Source: Burkholderiales bacterium (GTDB taxonomy: Bacteria; Pseudomonadota; Gammaproteobacteria; Burkholderiales; SG8-39). Taken from it: a stretch of DNA of 64,000 bases. The stretch is from positions 324 through 64,323 of the forward strand of contig DATEOW010000038.1 in the NCBI GenBank assembly GCA_035273665.1, read 5' to 3'. Within the stretch, counting starts at the first letter, position 1; every line of letters starts with the position of its first letter. Below the pieces are notes generated by a model, which saw only the letters and a program-made list of their open reading frames with translations, was not told the origin of the DNA and searched no databases. Of the stretch, positions 1 to 9,136 are shown in pieces. A program made the translations under genes and the position numbers.

Positions 1-15
1 GTCTTCGAGAAAACC

Positions 16-1179
16 ATGAACGATCTGAGCCGAACCGCCGGTCCAATCGTTTGTGTGGTCGGTGCCCGTCCGAATTACATGAAAATGGCGCCGATCCTGC
101 GCGCGTTTGCCGCGCACCCAGGGTTGCCCAAGGCGTTGCTCGTGCATACGGGCCAGCATTACGATGTCGCGATGAACGACCAGCTATTCGTCGATCTCAA
201 GCTTCCGGCGCCGGACATTAATCTCGAAGTCGGTTCGGGGACTCACGCCGTGCAGACGGCCGAAGTGATGCGCCGCTTTGAACCTGTGTTAGATGATTTG
301 CAACCTTCCTGCGTTGTCGTAGTGGGTGATGTCAACTCCACGCTCGCCTGTAGTCTCGTCGCAAGCAAAAAAGGGATTGCAGTCATACATGTCGAAGCCG
401 GGCTGCGAAGCAACGACCGCACAATGCCTGAAGAGATCAATCGTATTTTGACCGATCAGCTATCGGACCTGCTCTATACCACCGAGCGTAGCGCGCAAGC
501 CAACCTGGAGCGCGAAGGCATTCGGGCCGAGCGTATTGAATTCGTCGGTAACGTGATGATCGATTCCTTGCATGCGAATCGGGCCGCCTCAGTGCCGGCA
601 CGCAGCACGCTGCAAAGCGCGAAAGTAGGCACCGATCTTCTTGACCATCCAAAAGGATATGGGGTCGTTACCTTGCATCGGCCATCAAATGTCGATCAAC
701 CTGAAACGCTAAGCGAAGTGCTCGGCATCCTGCGCGAGGTCAGCAATAAACTACCTTTGATTTGCGCGTTGCATCCGCGCACTCGGGCCAACATCGACCG
801 CTTCGGATTGGGCGAAATGATTGCGGGCGCGAATTTCGCAATTCTGCCGCCGCAGGGATATCTTGAAATGCTGGGCCTTATGTCGGGTGCAACGGTGGTC
901 CTAACCGACTCCGGCGGCATGCAGGAAGAAACAACCGCATTAGCGATCCCCTGCCTCACATTGCGCGAAAACACCGAAAGACCGATCACCATCGAGCAGG
1001 GAACGAACATGCTCGTGGGACGCGATCGCCGAATGATTCTCCAGGCGGTGGACGAGATTCTCCTAAGCGGCGGCAAACGCGGCCGCGTTCCCGAGTTGTG
1101 GGACGGACATGCCGCGGATCGTATTGCTGCGCATCTCTCCAAATGGCTCGTGACTCGTCATGCAAAGGCGACCGTTTGA
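16..1179 (+). CDS. wecB: UDP-N-acetylglucosamine 2-epimerase (non-hydrolysing)
   Basis: 387-aa ORF with motifs VHTGQHYD, IHVEAGLRS and LTDSGGMQEE, typical of WecB-type epimerases. First gene of the packed + strand sugar operon. Confidence 0.9.
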   Translation: MNDLSRTAGPIVCVVGARPNYMKMAPILRAFAAHPGLPKALLVHTGQHYDVAMNDQLFVDLKLPAPDINLEVGSGTHAVQTAEVMRRFEPVLDDLQPSCVVVVGDVNSTLACSLVASKKGIAVIHVEAGLRSNDRTMPEEINRILTDQLSDLLYTTERSAQANLEREGIRAERIEFVGNVMIDSLHANRAASVPARSTLQSAKVGTDLLDHPKGYGVVTLHRPSNVDQPETLSEVLGILREVSNKLPLICALHPRTRANIDRFGLGEMIAGANFAILPPQGYLEMLGLMSGATVVLTDSGGMQEETTALAIPCLTLRENTERPITIEQGTNMLVGRDRRMILQAVDEILLSGGKRGRVPELWDGHAADRIAAHLSKWLVTRHAKATV

Positions 1180-2027
1180 TGGGAACGCCCGCTAAGGTAG
1201 TTAATGCCTTCACTGTGGATGTGGAAGACTATTTCCAGGTGTCTGCCTTTGCCCCCTACATACCACGGAGCGACTGGGACCGTTTACCGTGCCGCGTGGA
1301 GCGCAATGTTGATCGCATCCTGGCGCTACTCAACGAAGCCGGCGCTAAAGCCACGTTCTTCACGCTCGGGTGGATTGCCGAACGTTACCCTCAGATTCCG
1401 CGCGCAATTGTTGCCGAGGGGCATGAACTTGCGAGCCATGGTTATGCTCACTTGCGTGCGAGCGACCAGAGCCGCGAAGAATTGCGCGAAGACATTGGGT
1501 CGGCGAAAAAAATTCTGGAAGATCTTGGCGGTCATGAAGTGAAAGGCTATCGCGCGCCGAGCTTCTCGATCAGTGAGCAGAACCTATGGGCTTTCGATTG
1601 CATTGCCGAGGCCGGTTATCGCTACAGCTCCAGCGTCTACCCGGTGCGTCATGACCATTATGGAATGCCCGACGCGCCGCGCTTCAGTTATCAATCGCGC
1701 ACCGGACTCATGGAAGTGCCGGTGACCACGGTGCGTTTCTTCAATACCAATTTGCCTAGTGGTGGCGGCGGCTATTTCCGTCTGATGCCTTATGCAATGT
1801 CCCGTTGGTTGATTAAGCAAGTGAACGTCAGGGATGAAAAGCCGGCAATTTTTTACTTTCACCCTTGGGAACTCGATCCAGCGCAACCGCGTATTCCCGG
1901 CGTCAACATGAAAACCCGTTTCCGCCACTACCTCAATTTGCATCGGACCGAGCGGCGCTTGCAGCGACTGTTGCGCGATTTTTCTTGGGACCGTATGGAT
2001 CGGGTTTTTCTCGAAAGCCGTGTATGA
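1179..2027 (+). CDS. Polysaccharide deacetylase (CE4), XrtA/PEP-CTERM-locus type
   Basis: ATG at 1179 overlaps the wecB stop (ATGA), so the ORF-track extension from 1098 is rejected. N-terminus NAFTVDVEDYFQVSAF, plus FTLGWIAERYP and HELASHGYAH, fits the deacetylase family that accompanies exosortase A. Confidence 0.85.
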   Translation: MGTPAKVVNAFTVDVEDYFQVSAFAPYIPRSDWDRLPCRVERNVDRILALLNEAGAKATFFTLGWIAERYPQIPRAIVAEGHELASHGYAHLRASDQSREELREDIGSAKKILEDLGGHEVKGYRAPSFSISEQNLWAFDCIAEAGYRYSSSVYPVRHDHYGMPDAPRFSYQSRTGLMEVPVTTVRFFNTNLPSGGGGYFRLMPYAMSRWLIKQVNVRDEKPAIFYFHPWELDPAQPRIPGVNMKTRFRHYLNLHRTERRLQRLLRDFSWDRMDRVFLESRV

Positions 2028-3085
2028 AAGCGGGCGACGCGATTGTGGGCGCTGCAGGGTTGCGCGTACGGGGCTTTGAGGCGAAAGATACTGCGCGCTG
2101 GGATGCGTTTGTCGAGTGTTGCCCCTCCGCTAGCTTTTTTCACCGCAGTCCTTGGCGCAGCATTCTTGAAGATGTGCTCGGCCATCGCACCCATTATTTG
2201 ATCGCCGAGCGAGACGATGCGGTTGTCGGCATTTTGCCGCTCGCCGAAATCAGAAGCCTATTGTTCGGCCACTCCTTGGTTTCTCTTCCATTCTGCGTAT
2301 ACGGCGGGGCCGCTGTCGTGGAGGACGCTGCTTTAAGGGCATTGCATGATCACGCGAAGGAACTGGGACAGCGTCTGGGCGTTAGCCACCTGGAACTTCG
2401 CGATCGTGAGCAACGGGAGAGCACATGGCCGCAACAGGATTTGTACGTCACCTTCCGCAAAGAAATTCTGCCGGACGTCGAGGCCAATATGTTGGCGATT
2501 CCGCGTAAGCAGCGCGCGATGGTGCGTAAAGGAATTAAGAATGGCCTTCTCAGCCATGTTGACGCGAACGTAGACCGTTTTTTCGCGCTCTACGCCGGAA
2601 ATGTGCACCGGCACGGAACGCCCCCACTATCGAAGAAATACTTCAGAGCGTTGCAGCGAAGCTTTGGTGCGGATTGCGAAGTGCTCACCGTCACTGACGC
2701 TCAGGGCAGGCCCTTGTCCAGCGTGCTTAGTTTTTATTTTCGCGACGAAGTATTGCCTTATTACGCAGGCGACGATGAACGGGCGCGGGACCTTGCGGCA
2801 AACGATTTCAAGTATTGGGAGCTGATGCGGCGCGCATGTGAACGAGGGTGCCGCTTATTCGACTACGGACGCAGTAAACGAGGGACGGGCTCTTTTGATT
2901 TCAAGAAGAACTGGGGCTTCGAACCGACGCCACTTGCATATGAATACTGCTTATATAAGGGCGACCAGGTTCCGCAGAACAATCCACTGAATCCGAAGTA
3001 CCGCGCCTTCATCGCCTTATGGCAGCGTTTGCCGTTGCCGATTGTAAATGCCATTGGGCCGCATCTGGTTCGGCATCTCGGATGA
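2024..3085 (+). CDS. FemAB-family protein, PEP-CTERM system-associated (putative aminoacyl/acyl transferase)
   Basis: ATG 2024 overlaps the preceding stop (ATGA). FFHRSPWRSILEDVLGH near the N-terminus and FDYGRSKRGTGSFDFKKNWGFEP near the C-terminus resemble FemAB-related proteins of XrtA loci. Family assignment is from memory. Confidence 0.8.
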   Translation: MKAGDAIVGAAGLRVRGFEAKDTARWDAFVECCPSASFFHRSPWRSILEDVLGHRTHYLIAERDDAVVGILPLAEIRSLLFGHSLVSLPFCVYGGAAVVEDAALRALHDHAKELGQRLGVSHLELRDREQRESTWPQQDLYVTFRKEILPDVEANMLAIPRKQRAMVRKGIKNGLLSHVDANVDRFFALYAGNVHRHGTPPLSKKYFRALQRSFGADCEVLTVTDAQGRPLSSVLSFYFRDEVLPYYAGDDERARDLAANDFKYWELMRRACERGCRLFDYGRSKRGTGSFDFKKNWGFEPTPLAYEYCLYKGDQVPQNNPLNPKYRAFIALWQRLPLPIVNAIGPHLVRHLG

Positions 3086-3096
3086 GGGGCGCCGAA

Positions 3097-4347
3097 ATGC
3101 AACCGCTTTTGTTTTTAGCGCATCGGATTCCGTTTCCCCCGAACAAGGGCGACAAGCTCCGTTCCTATCGGCTCCTACGTTATCTCGCCGAGCGATACCG
3201 GGTCTATCTGGGCAGTTTCATTGATGATCCCGCCGATACTGTGCATTTGGATGAACTGCGCCGCTTTTGCTCAGATTTGTATATTCCGAGTCTTTCACCG
3301 AGAGTGGCGCGCCTCGCATCGCTGCGCGGACTACTGACCGGGGAAGCGCTTAGCTTGACCTATTACCGGCATGGCGCTTTGGCAAAATGGGTGAGGCGCT
3401 GTGTGCGCGAACACGACATCAAGAAGGCCGTCGTGTTCTCCTCCGTCATGGCGCAGTATGTGCAGCCATTTCCGGAGCTCAAGCGTGTCGTGGACATGGT
3501 CGATGTCGATTCGGCCAAATGGACCGCTTATGCAGCAGAGCATCAATGGCCGATGTCTTGGCTGTACGCAAGGGAGGGCAAGCGGCTGCTCGCCTTCGAA
3601 CGAGAAATGGCACTCGCTTCGGATGCGAGTTACCTCGTCACCGGCGCGGAAGTGAAGTTATTTGAAAGTCTGGCACCGGATGCGCGCGGACGCGTGCAGA
3701 TCATGTCGAACGGCGTGGATGCGGCTTATTTTTCACCGGATGCGCGGCGCTCTTCGCCTTTCGAGCCTGGTATTGAAGCGCTCGTGTTTACAGGCGCCAT
3801 GGATTACTGGCCGAATGTCGATGCCGTCGTGTGGTTCGCGGAAGAAATCTTACCGGCATTGCGCATCGTGCGACCAACCATTCAATTTTTCGTCGTCGGA
3901 ATGCGTCCCACCGCTGCCGTGCAGGCGCTCGGCAAACTGGAAGGCGTGACCGTGACAGGCGGCGTCCCGGATGTAAGACCATATTTGCAGCACGCGCATC
4001 TGGTCGTGGCGCCTTTGCGCATCGCGCGGGGAGTTCAAAATAAGGTGCTGGAAGCGATGGCAATGGAAAAAGCCGTCATCGCGTCGAAGGCCTGCGCTAG
4101 CGGCGTGGACGCTATCGAGGGTTTGGAATACGAAACGGCAGCGGACGCTGGCGGCTTCGTCGAAAAGACCTTGGCGTTGTTGAACGACGCTGCGCGCGTG
4201 GCAACAATCGGGCGTGCCGCACGAGCCCGTGTGCTCGCCGATTATGACTGGGACAAAAATCTATCGCCTATCCAGCAAGCCTTGAATGCGGGCGACGAAG
4301 TGCGCCCGTCTGCGAGGGTTGTACGCGCCATGGCGTCACCAGTTTGA
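3097..4347 (+). CDS. Glycosyltransferase (GT-B), PEP-CTERM/EpsH1-associated sugar transferase type
   Basis: Begins MQPLLFLAHRIPFPPNKGDKLRSYRLLRYL, characteristic of this family. C-terminal RIARGVQNKVLEAMAMEKAVIAS. GAGGGG lies 7-12 nt upstream of ATG 3097. An alternative ATGA-coupled start exists at 3082. Confidence 0.8.
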   Translation: MQPLLFLAHRIPFPPNKGDKLRSYRLLRYLAERYRVYLGSFIDDPADTVHLDELRRFCSDLYIPSLSPRVARLASLRGLLTGEALSLTYYRHGALAKWVRRCVREHDIKKAVVFSSVMAQYVQPFPELKRVVDMVDVDSAKWTAYAAEHQWPMSWLYAREGKRLLAFEREMALASDASYLVTGAEVKLFESLAPDARGRVQIMSNGVDAAYFSPDARRSSPFEPGIEALVFTGAMDYWPNVDAVVWFAEEILPALRIVRPTIQFFVVGMRPTAAVQALGKLEGVTVTGGVPDVRPYLQHAHLVVAPLRIARGVQNKVLEAMAMEKAVIASKACASGVDAIEGLEYETAADAGGFVEKTLALLNDAARVATIGRAARARVLADYDWDKNLSPIQQALNAGDEVRPSARVVRAMASPV

Positions 4348-4356
4348 ATTGACGCC

Positions 4357-5931
4357 ATGCATACCGATCCCCAATTCGTAGAAGCGCAACTAACGCGTAG
4401 ACGGCCTATGTCGAACGCTTCCTCGGTGATCGCGATCATCGCGGCGTGCGCACTGTTTGTGTTTGGCTGGCATTGGCAGGTCAGCTACTCGATGGCACAA
4501 ACCTGGTGGACTTCCGAGACTTACGCACACGGCATGCTGGTACTGCCGATTTTCTTCTACCTCGTCTGGCGGGTCCGCAATATTCTTACGGTGACAGAGT
4601 GCAAACCCTATCCTCCCGCTGCTGCGGCGATCGCGTTCGCTGGTTTCGTGCTGCTTGCAGGACAACTCGGAAGTGCGGTCGGCGTTACACAATTCGCAGT
4701 GGTCGCCATGCTGCCCCTGTCGATCTGGGCCTTATGCGGCACACGCATCATGCATGCGCTCGCTTTTCCGATGGTCTTCCTCTTTTTTATGGTGCCCTTC
4801 GGCGAGGTTCTTCTACCTTGGCTCATGACTTGGACCGCGGATTTCACCGTCGCTGCGCTGCGCATCACCGGCATTCCCGTTTATCGCGAAGGAATGAGCT
4901 TCATCATTCCCTCCGGCGCATGGTCCGTGGTGGAGGCCTGCAGTGGTTTGCGTTATCTCATCGCCGCGCTCATGGTCGGTTCCCTATACGCTTACCTCAC
5001 CTATCGGACCAGGCGTCGTCGCCTAGTCTTTATAGGGCTGTCCGTCGTCGTGCCGATCATCGCCAATTGGCTGCGAGCGTACATGATCGTCATGCTCGGC
5101 CATTTTAGCGGCAACAAACTTGCCACCGGCGTGGACCATTTGATCTATGGCTGGGTATTCTTCGGCGCCATCATGTTACTCATGTTTTCCATTGGCGGCC
5201 GCTGGCGCGAAGACCAGCGCCCCATCGACGCGGATAAAGTCGCCTTGCGTTTGCCTGCCGCGCCGCTTCCCTTCAGAGCAATCGGTTTCACCGCGATTTT
5301 TCTGCTCGCCTGCATGATTCCTTGGTCACCGGTTGCGACAGCGCTCAACGAACCGCTGGGCAATCAAGTCGCCTTGGAACCGATATCGACTAAGGGCGAT
5401 TGGGCGGCTCGTTCAGGCACCTTGGCAGGGTGGCGCCCGGACTACGACAAACCGAGCGCGGAATTGCAGCAGGTATTCGATGGACCGAAGGGCGAAGTGG
5501 GTCTCTATATCGGTTACTACCGCGATCAATCGCAGGCCGCGGAACTCGTCAATATCAACAATGCGCTGGTCACGACGCGCAACCGTCGTTGGGATATCAC
5601 CCACCGCGTCAGTGCATCGATGCCGGCTGGCGCGGCTGAGGTCGAGGCGCAGGGCGCCGCACTTCGCAGCGTGCAACAGCAACGCTTATTCGCATGGCAG
5701 TGGTTCTGGGTCGATGGGCGGCTCACCGCCAATCGTTATATGGCCAAAGTCTATCTTGTGCTGGCGAAGCTACGTGGCCATGGGGACGATTCGGCGGTGG
5801 TAGTGATCTACGCACCGCACGCTGAATTCAGTACGGAACCGCCCGAAATCCTTACACAGTTCGCCGCAGAGATGGGCGACAACATTCAAGCACAGCTCAC
5901 TGCCACCCAGCGAGCAGGAAAGGCACGCTGA
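4357..5931 (+). CDS. xrtA: Exosortase A (XrtA) with C-terminal EpsI-family domain
   Basis: Polytopic N-terminal half carries the exosortase catalytic motifs VVEACSGLRYL (Cys) and IIANWLRAYMIVMLGH (Arg/His). Soluble C-terminal ~200 aa (GDWAARSGTLAGWRPDYD...LYIGYYRDQ) is EpsI-like. Start could also be M18 at 4408. Confidence 0.9.
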   Translation: MHTDPQFVEAQLTRRRPMSNASSVIAIIAACALFVFGWHWQVSYSMAQTWWTSETYAHGMLVLPIFFYLVWRVRNILTVTECKPYPPAAAAIAFAGFVLLAGQLGSAVGVTQFAVVAMLPLSIWALCGTRIMHALAFPMVFLFFMVPFGEVLLPWLMTWTADFTVAALRITGIPVYREGMSFIIPSGAWSVVEACSGLRYLIAALMVGSLYAYLTYRTRRRRLVFIGLSVVVPIIANWLRAYMIVMLGHFSGNKLATGVDHLIYGWVFFGAIMLLMFSIGGRWREDQRPIDADKVALRLPAAPLPFRAIGFTAIFLLACMIPWSPVATALNEPLGNQVALEPISTKGDWAARSGTLAGWRPDYDKPSAELQQVFDGPKGEVGLYIGYYRDQSQAAELVNINNALVTTRNRRWDITHRVSASMPAGAAEVEAQGAALRSVQQQRLFAWQWFWVDGRLTANRYMAKVYLVLAKLRGHGDDSAVVVIYAPHAEFSTEPPEILTQFAAEMGDNIQAQLTATQRAGKAR

Positions 5932-5932
5932 T

Positions 5933-7855
5933 ATGTGCGGTATCGCAGGCATCATTGACATAAAAACCAAGCGCGAACTTCATCCAGGCGCGTTGGCATG
6001 CATGAACGCCGTCCAACACCATCGCGGCCCCGACGAAGGCGGCGTGCATATCGAACCCGGAGCGGGCCTCGCGCATCGACGGCTCTCGATCATCGACCTG
6101 TCTACCGGTCAGCAGCCCCTTTATAACGAGGACGGCAGCGTTGTCGTCGTATTCAACGGCGAAATTTACAACTATCAGGAATTGATCCCGGAGCTTCAAA
6201 AACTCGGCCACGTCTTCCGCACAAAAAGCGATACGGAAGTAATCGTGCACGCCTGGGAAGCTTGGGGCGAGGATTGCGTCAAACGATTCCGCGGCATGTT
6301 CGCCTTCGGATTATGGGACCGCAATCGCGAAACACTTTTCCTCGCCCGTGATCGTCTTGGTGTGAAGCCCCTGTACTACGCCGTGTTGAATAGCGGCCTT
6401 GTCTTGTTCGGATCGGAATTGAAATCTTTGCTCGCGCAAGGCGATTTACCTCGCGAACTCGATCCGCTTGCAATCGAAGAATACTTCGCGTTGGGCTATG
6501 TGGCGGAGCCGCGTACGATTTTCCGCGGCGCGCAAAAGCTTTCGCCCGGGCATACCCTCACTTTTCGTCGTGGCGGGCCAATGCCGGTGCCACGCGAATA
6601 TTGGGATGTTTCATTTCGCCCTAATGCAAGCATTAGCGACGAAGATGCGCAACATGAATTGATCGCAAGACTGCAAGAGTCCGTGCGGCTGCGCATGATT
6701 TCGGAAGTGCCGCTCGGGGCGTTTCTTTCCGGAGGTGTCGATTCGAGCGCAGTGGTCGCAATGATGGCGGGTCTTTCGAAGGAACCCGTCAACACATGCT
6801 CCATTTCCTTCGATGATCCTGCTTTCGACGAAACCCGTTTCGCGCAACAGGTGGCGGACCGCTACAACACGCGTCACTATGTCGAACAGGTGAAAAGCGA
6901 TGATTTCGGTCTGATCGACGAACTCGCGAAGTTATACGACGAACCCTACGCGGACAGTTCTGCGATTCCCACCTACCGCGTATGCCAGCTTGCGCGTAAG
7001 CACGTCACCGTCGCGCTGTCAGGCGATGGCGGCGACGAGAACTTTGGTGGTTACCGCCGGTACCGCATGCATCTTATGGAAGAGCGGATGCGAGGAGCGT
7101 TGCCTTTATCATTCAGGCGTCCGATCTTCGGTCTATTGGGTCGCGTCTATCCCAAGGCCGATTGGGCGCCCCGCGCTTTTCGCGCGAAAAGCACTTTCGA
7201 AGCGCTGGCGCGGGATTCCGTCGAGGCTTATTTCACCGGCGTGTCCATTGTGCGCGACCGCGCCCGTCGAGCGCTCTTCAGCAATAACTTCCGTTCGCAA
7301 CTCGGCGGCTATCAGGCATTGGAAGTGTTCCGCCGTCATGCGGCGCGTGCGCAGACCGATGATTCGCTTTCCATGTTGCAGTATTTGGATCTCAAGACTT
7401 ATCTGGTTGGGGACATCAACACAAAAGTCGACCGGGCGAGCATGGCGCATTCGCTCGAAGTGCGGGAACCGCTGATGGATCATCACCTGGTCGAATGGCT
7501 CGCCACATTGCCGACCTCGCTTAAAGTGCGTGGCCAAGAGAGCAAATGGTTGCTGAAAAAATCAATGGAGCCCTATCTTCCCGCGGACATCATGTATCGA
7601 CCGAAGATGGGGTTCGCTGTGCCGCTGGCCCGTTGGTTCCGCGGGCCTCTGAGAGAGCGCGTGCGTGAGAGCCTGCTCGGTGAACGTCTTGCCGATACGG
7701 GAATTTTCGATCAGAAGCAGCTGCGTCAGCTTGTCGAGCAGCATGAGTCCGGTATTCGAGACCACAGCTCCGCGCTGTGGACGGTGCTCATGTTTGAAAG
7801 CTTTTTACGCAATGTGATGGACGAGCAGCGCGTGCCCGTCCCGCAGGCGGCATAG
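5933..7855 (+). CDS. Asparagine synthase (glutamine-hydrolysing) family amidotransferase, exosortase A-associated
   Basis: N-terminal MCGIAGI gives the Ntn nucleophile Cys2. PP-loop FLSGGVDSSAV. 640 aa, directly downstream of xrtA as in known XrtA loci. Confidence 0.9.
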   Translation: MCGIAGIIDIKTKRELHPGALACMNAVQHHRGPDEGGVHIEPGAGLAHRRLSIIDLSTGQQPLYNEDGSVVVVFNGEIYNYQELIPELQKLGHVFRTKSDTEVIVHAWEAWGEDCVKRFRGMFAFGLWDRNRETLFLARDRLGVKPLYYAVLNSGLVLFGSELKSLLAQGDLPRELDPLAIEEYFALGYVAEPRTIFRGAQKLSPGHTLTFRRGGPMPVPREYWDVSFRPNASISDEDAQHELIARLQESVRLRMISEVPLGAFLSGGVDSSAVVAMMAGLSKEPVNTCSISFDDPAFDETRFAQQVADRYNTRHYVEQVKSDDFGLIDELAKLYDEPYADSSAIPTYRVCQLARKHVTVALSGDGGDENFGGYRRYRMHLMEERMRGALPLSFRRPIFGLLGRVYPKADWAPRAFRAKSTFEALARDSVEAYFTGVSIVRDRARRALFSNNFRSQLGGYQALEVFRRHAARAQTDDSLSMLQYLDLKTYLVGDINTKVDRASMAHSLEVREPLMDHHLVEWLATLPTSLKVRGQESKWLLKKSMEPYLPADIMYRPKMGFAVPLARWFRGPLRERVRESLLGERLADTGIFDQKQLRQLVEQHESGIRDHSSALWTVLMFESFLRNVMDEQRVPVPQAA

Positions 7856-7858
7856 CCC

Positions 7859-9136
7859 ATGAACGCTATATCGCCGATTAGGGACATGCCGCCGCAAACG
7901 GTTAAGGACGCGACGTTCAATGCGTTCAAGGTGCTGCACGTGCTCGATCATTCTGTGCCGATGCATAGCGGTTACAGTTTTAGAACGCTGTCCATACTTC
8001 GCGAGCAGCGCGCCCTCGGTTGGCAAACCTTTCATCTCACCAGTCCGAAGCATACCGCCGCGCAGATCGACCGCGAGCAGGCGGAAGGCATGGATTTTTA
8101 TCGTACGCTTTGGCAACCCCGCGGATGGCGGAAGTTGCCCTTGCTCTGCCATCTCGCGCTGATGAATGCCACGACTGCGCGTCTGCGCTCGCTCGCTCTG
8201 CAATTGCGGCCGGATCTTTTACACGCGCATTCCCCTGCGTTGAACGCGCTGCCGGCTCTACGGGTCGGACGTGAATTGGGTATCCCTGTCGTCTATGAAG
8301 TAAGGGCCTTCTGGGAAGACGCGGCAGTGGACCACGGCACGGCGCGCGAAGGCGGTATTCGTTATCGATTGACCCGCGCATTTGAGACCTACGTCATGCG
8401 ACGAGTTCAGCATGTGACAACCATCTGCGAAGGGTTGCGCCAGGACATCGTTGCGCGCGGCATTCCGGCCGATAAAGTCACCGTTATTCCTAACGCGGTT
8501 GATGTGGAGAAGTTTCAATTCGATCAACCCGGCGATCGAGCCTTACGCGCATCCCTAGGTTTAGAGGACGCGGTCGTTCTAGGTTTTATCGGCTCATTCT
8601 ATGCCTATGAAGGGATCGACCTGTTGCTGAAAGCCGCACAACAGCTACGCCCCCGACATCCAAAGCTTCGCTTGCTATTAGTGGGTGGTGGGCCGCAGGA
8701 AGCGGCATTGAAAGCGCAAGCCAAGCGGCTAGGCTTGGACGATTGCGTGCGCTTCGTCGGCCGCGTGCCGAACAACAAGGTGCAGGATTACTACAACCTC
8801 ATCGATGTGCTGGTGTACGCACGCCATGCAATGCGACTCACCGAGTTGGTCACGCCGCTCAAGCCGCTGGAAGCCATGGCGCAAGGCAAACTTTTCGTCG
8901 CCTCGGATGTCGGTGGCCATCGTGAGCTCGTCAAAGATCGCGTGACCGGTTATCTTTTCAAGGCGGGCGACGCGCAGCATTTGGCCGAGACGGTGGAAGA
9001 ACTGCTTCGGCAGACCGAAGGATGGCCGGGGTTGCGCGCAGCGGGTCGGCAGCACGTTGAAACCGAGCGCAATTGGAAACGCAGCGTCGCACGCTATCAA
9101 CAAGTGTTCGCGACCTTAACGGGACGAGCTGCTTGA
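7859..9136 (+). CDS. Glycosyltransferase family 4 (exosortase A-associated type)
   Basis: FKVLHVLDHSVPMHSGYSFRT near the N-terminus and PLKPLEAMAQGKLFVASDVGGHRELV (EX7E-like region). Start could be M10 at 7886. Confidence 0.85.
   Translation: MNAISPIRDMPPQTVKDATFNAFKVLHVLDHSVPMHSGYSFRTLSILREQRALGWQTFHLTSPKHTAAQIDREQAEGMDFYRTLWQPRGWRKLPLLCHLALMNATTARLRSLALQLRPDLLHAHSPALNALPALRVGRELGIPVVYEVRAFWEDAAVDHGTAREGGIRYRLTRAFETYVMRRVQHVTTICEGLRQDIVARGIPADKVTVIPNAVDVEKFQFDQPGDRALRASLGLEDAVVLGFIGSFYAYEGIDLLLKAAQQLRPRHPKLRLLLVGGGPQEAALKAQAKRLGLDDCVRFVGRVPNNKVQDYYNLIDVLVYARHAMRLTELVTPLKPLEAMAQGKLFVASDVGGHRELVKDRVTGYLFKAGDAQHLAETVEELLRQTEGWPGLRAAGRQHVETERNWKRSVARYQQVFATLTGRAA

Noticed and set aside
4446-5108. 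220-aa alternative-frame ORF inside xrtA
   Set aside because: Arg-rich out-of-frame translation. The xrtA frame carries the catalytic motifs.
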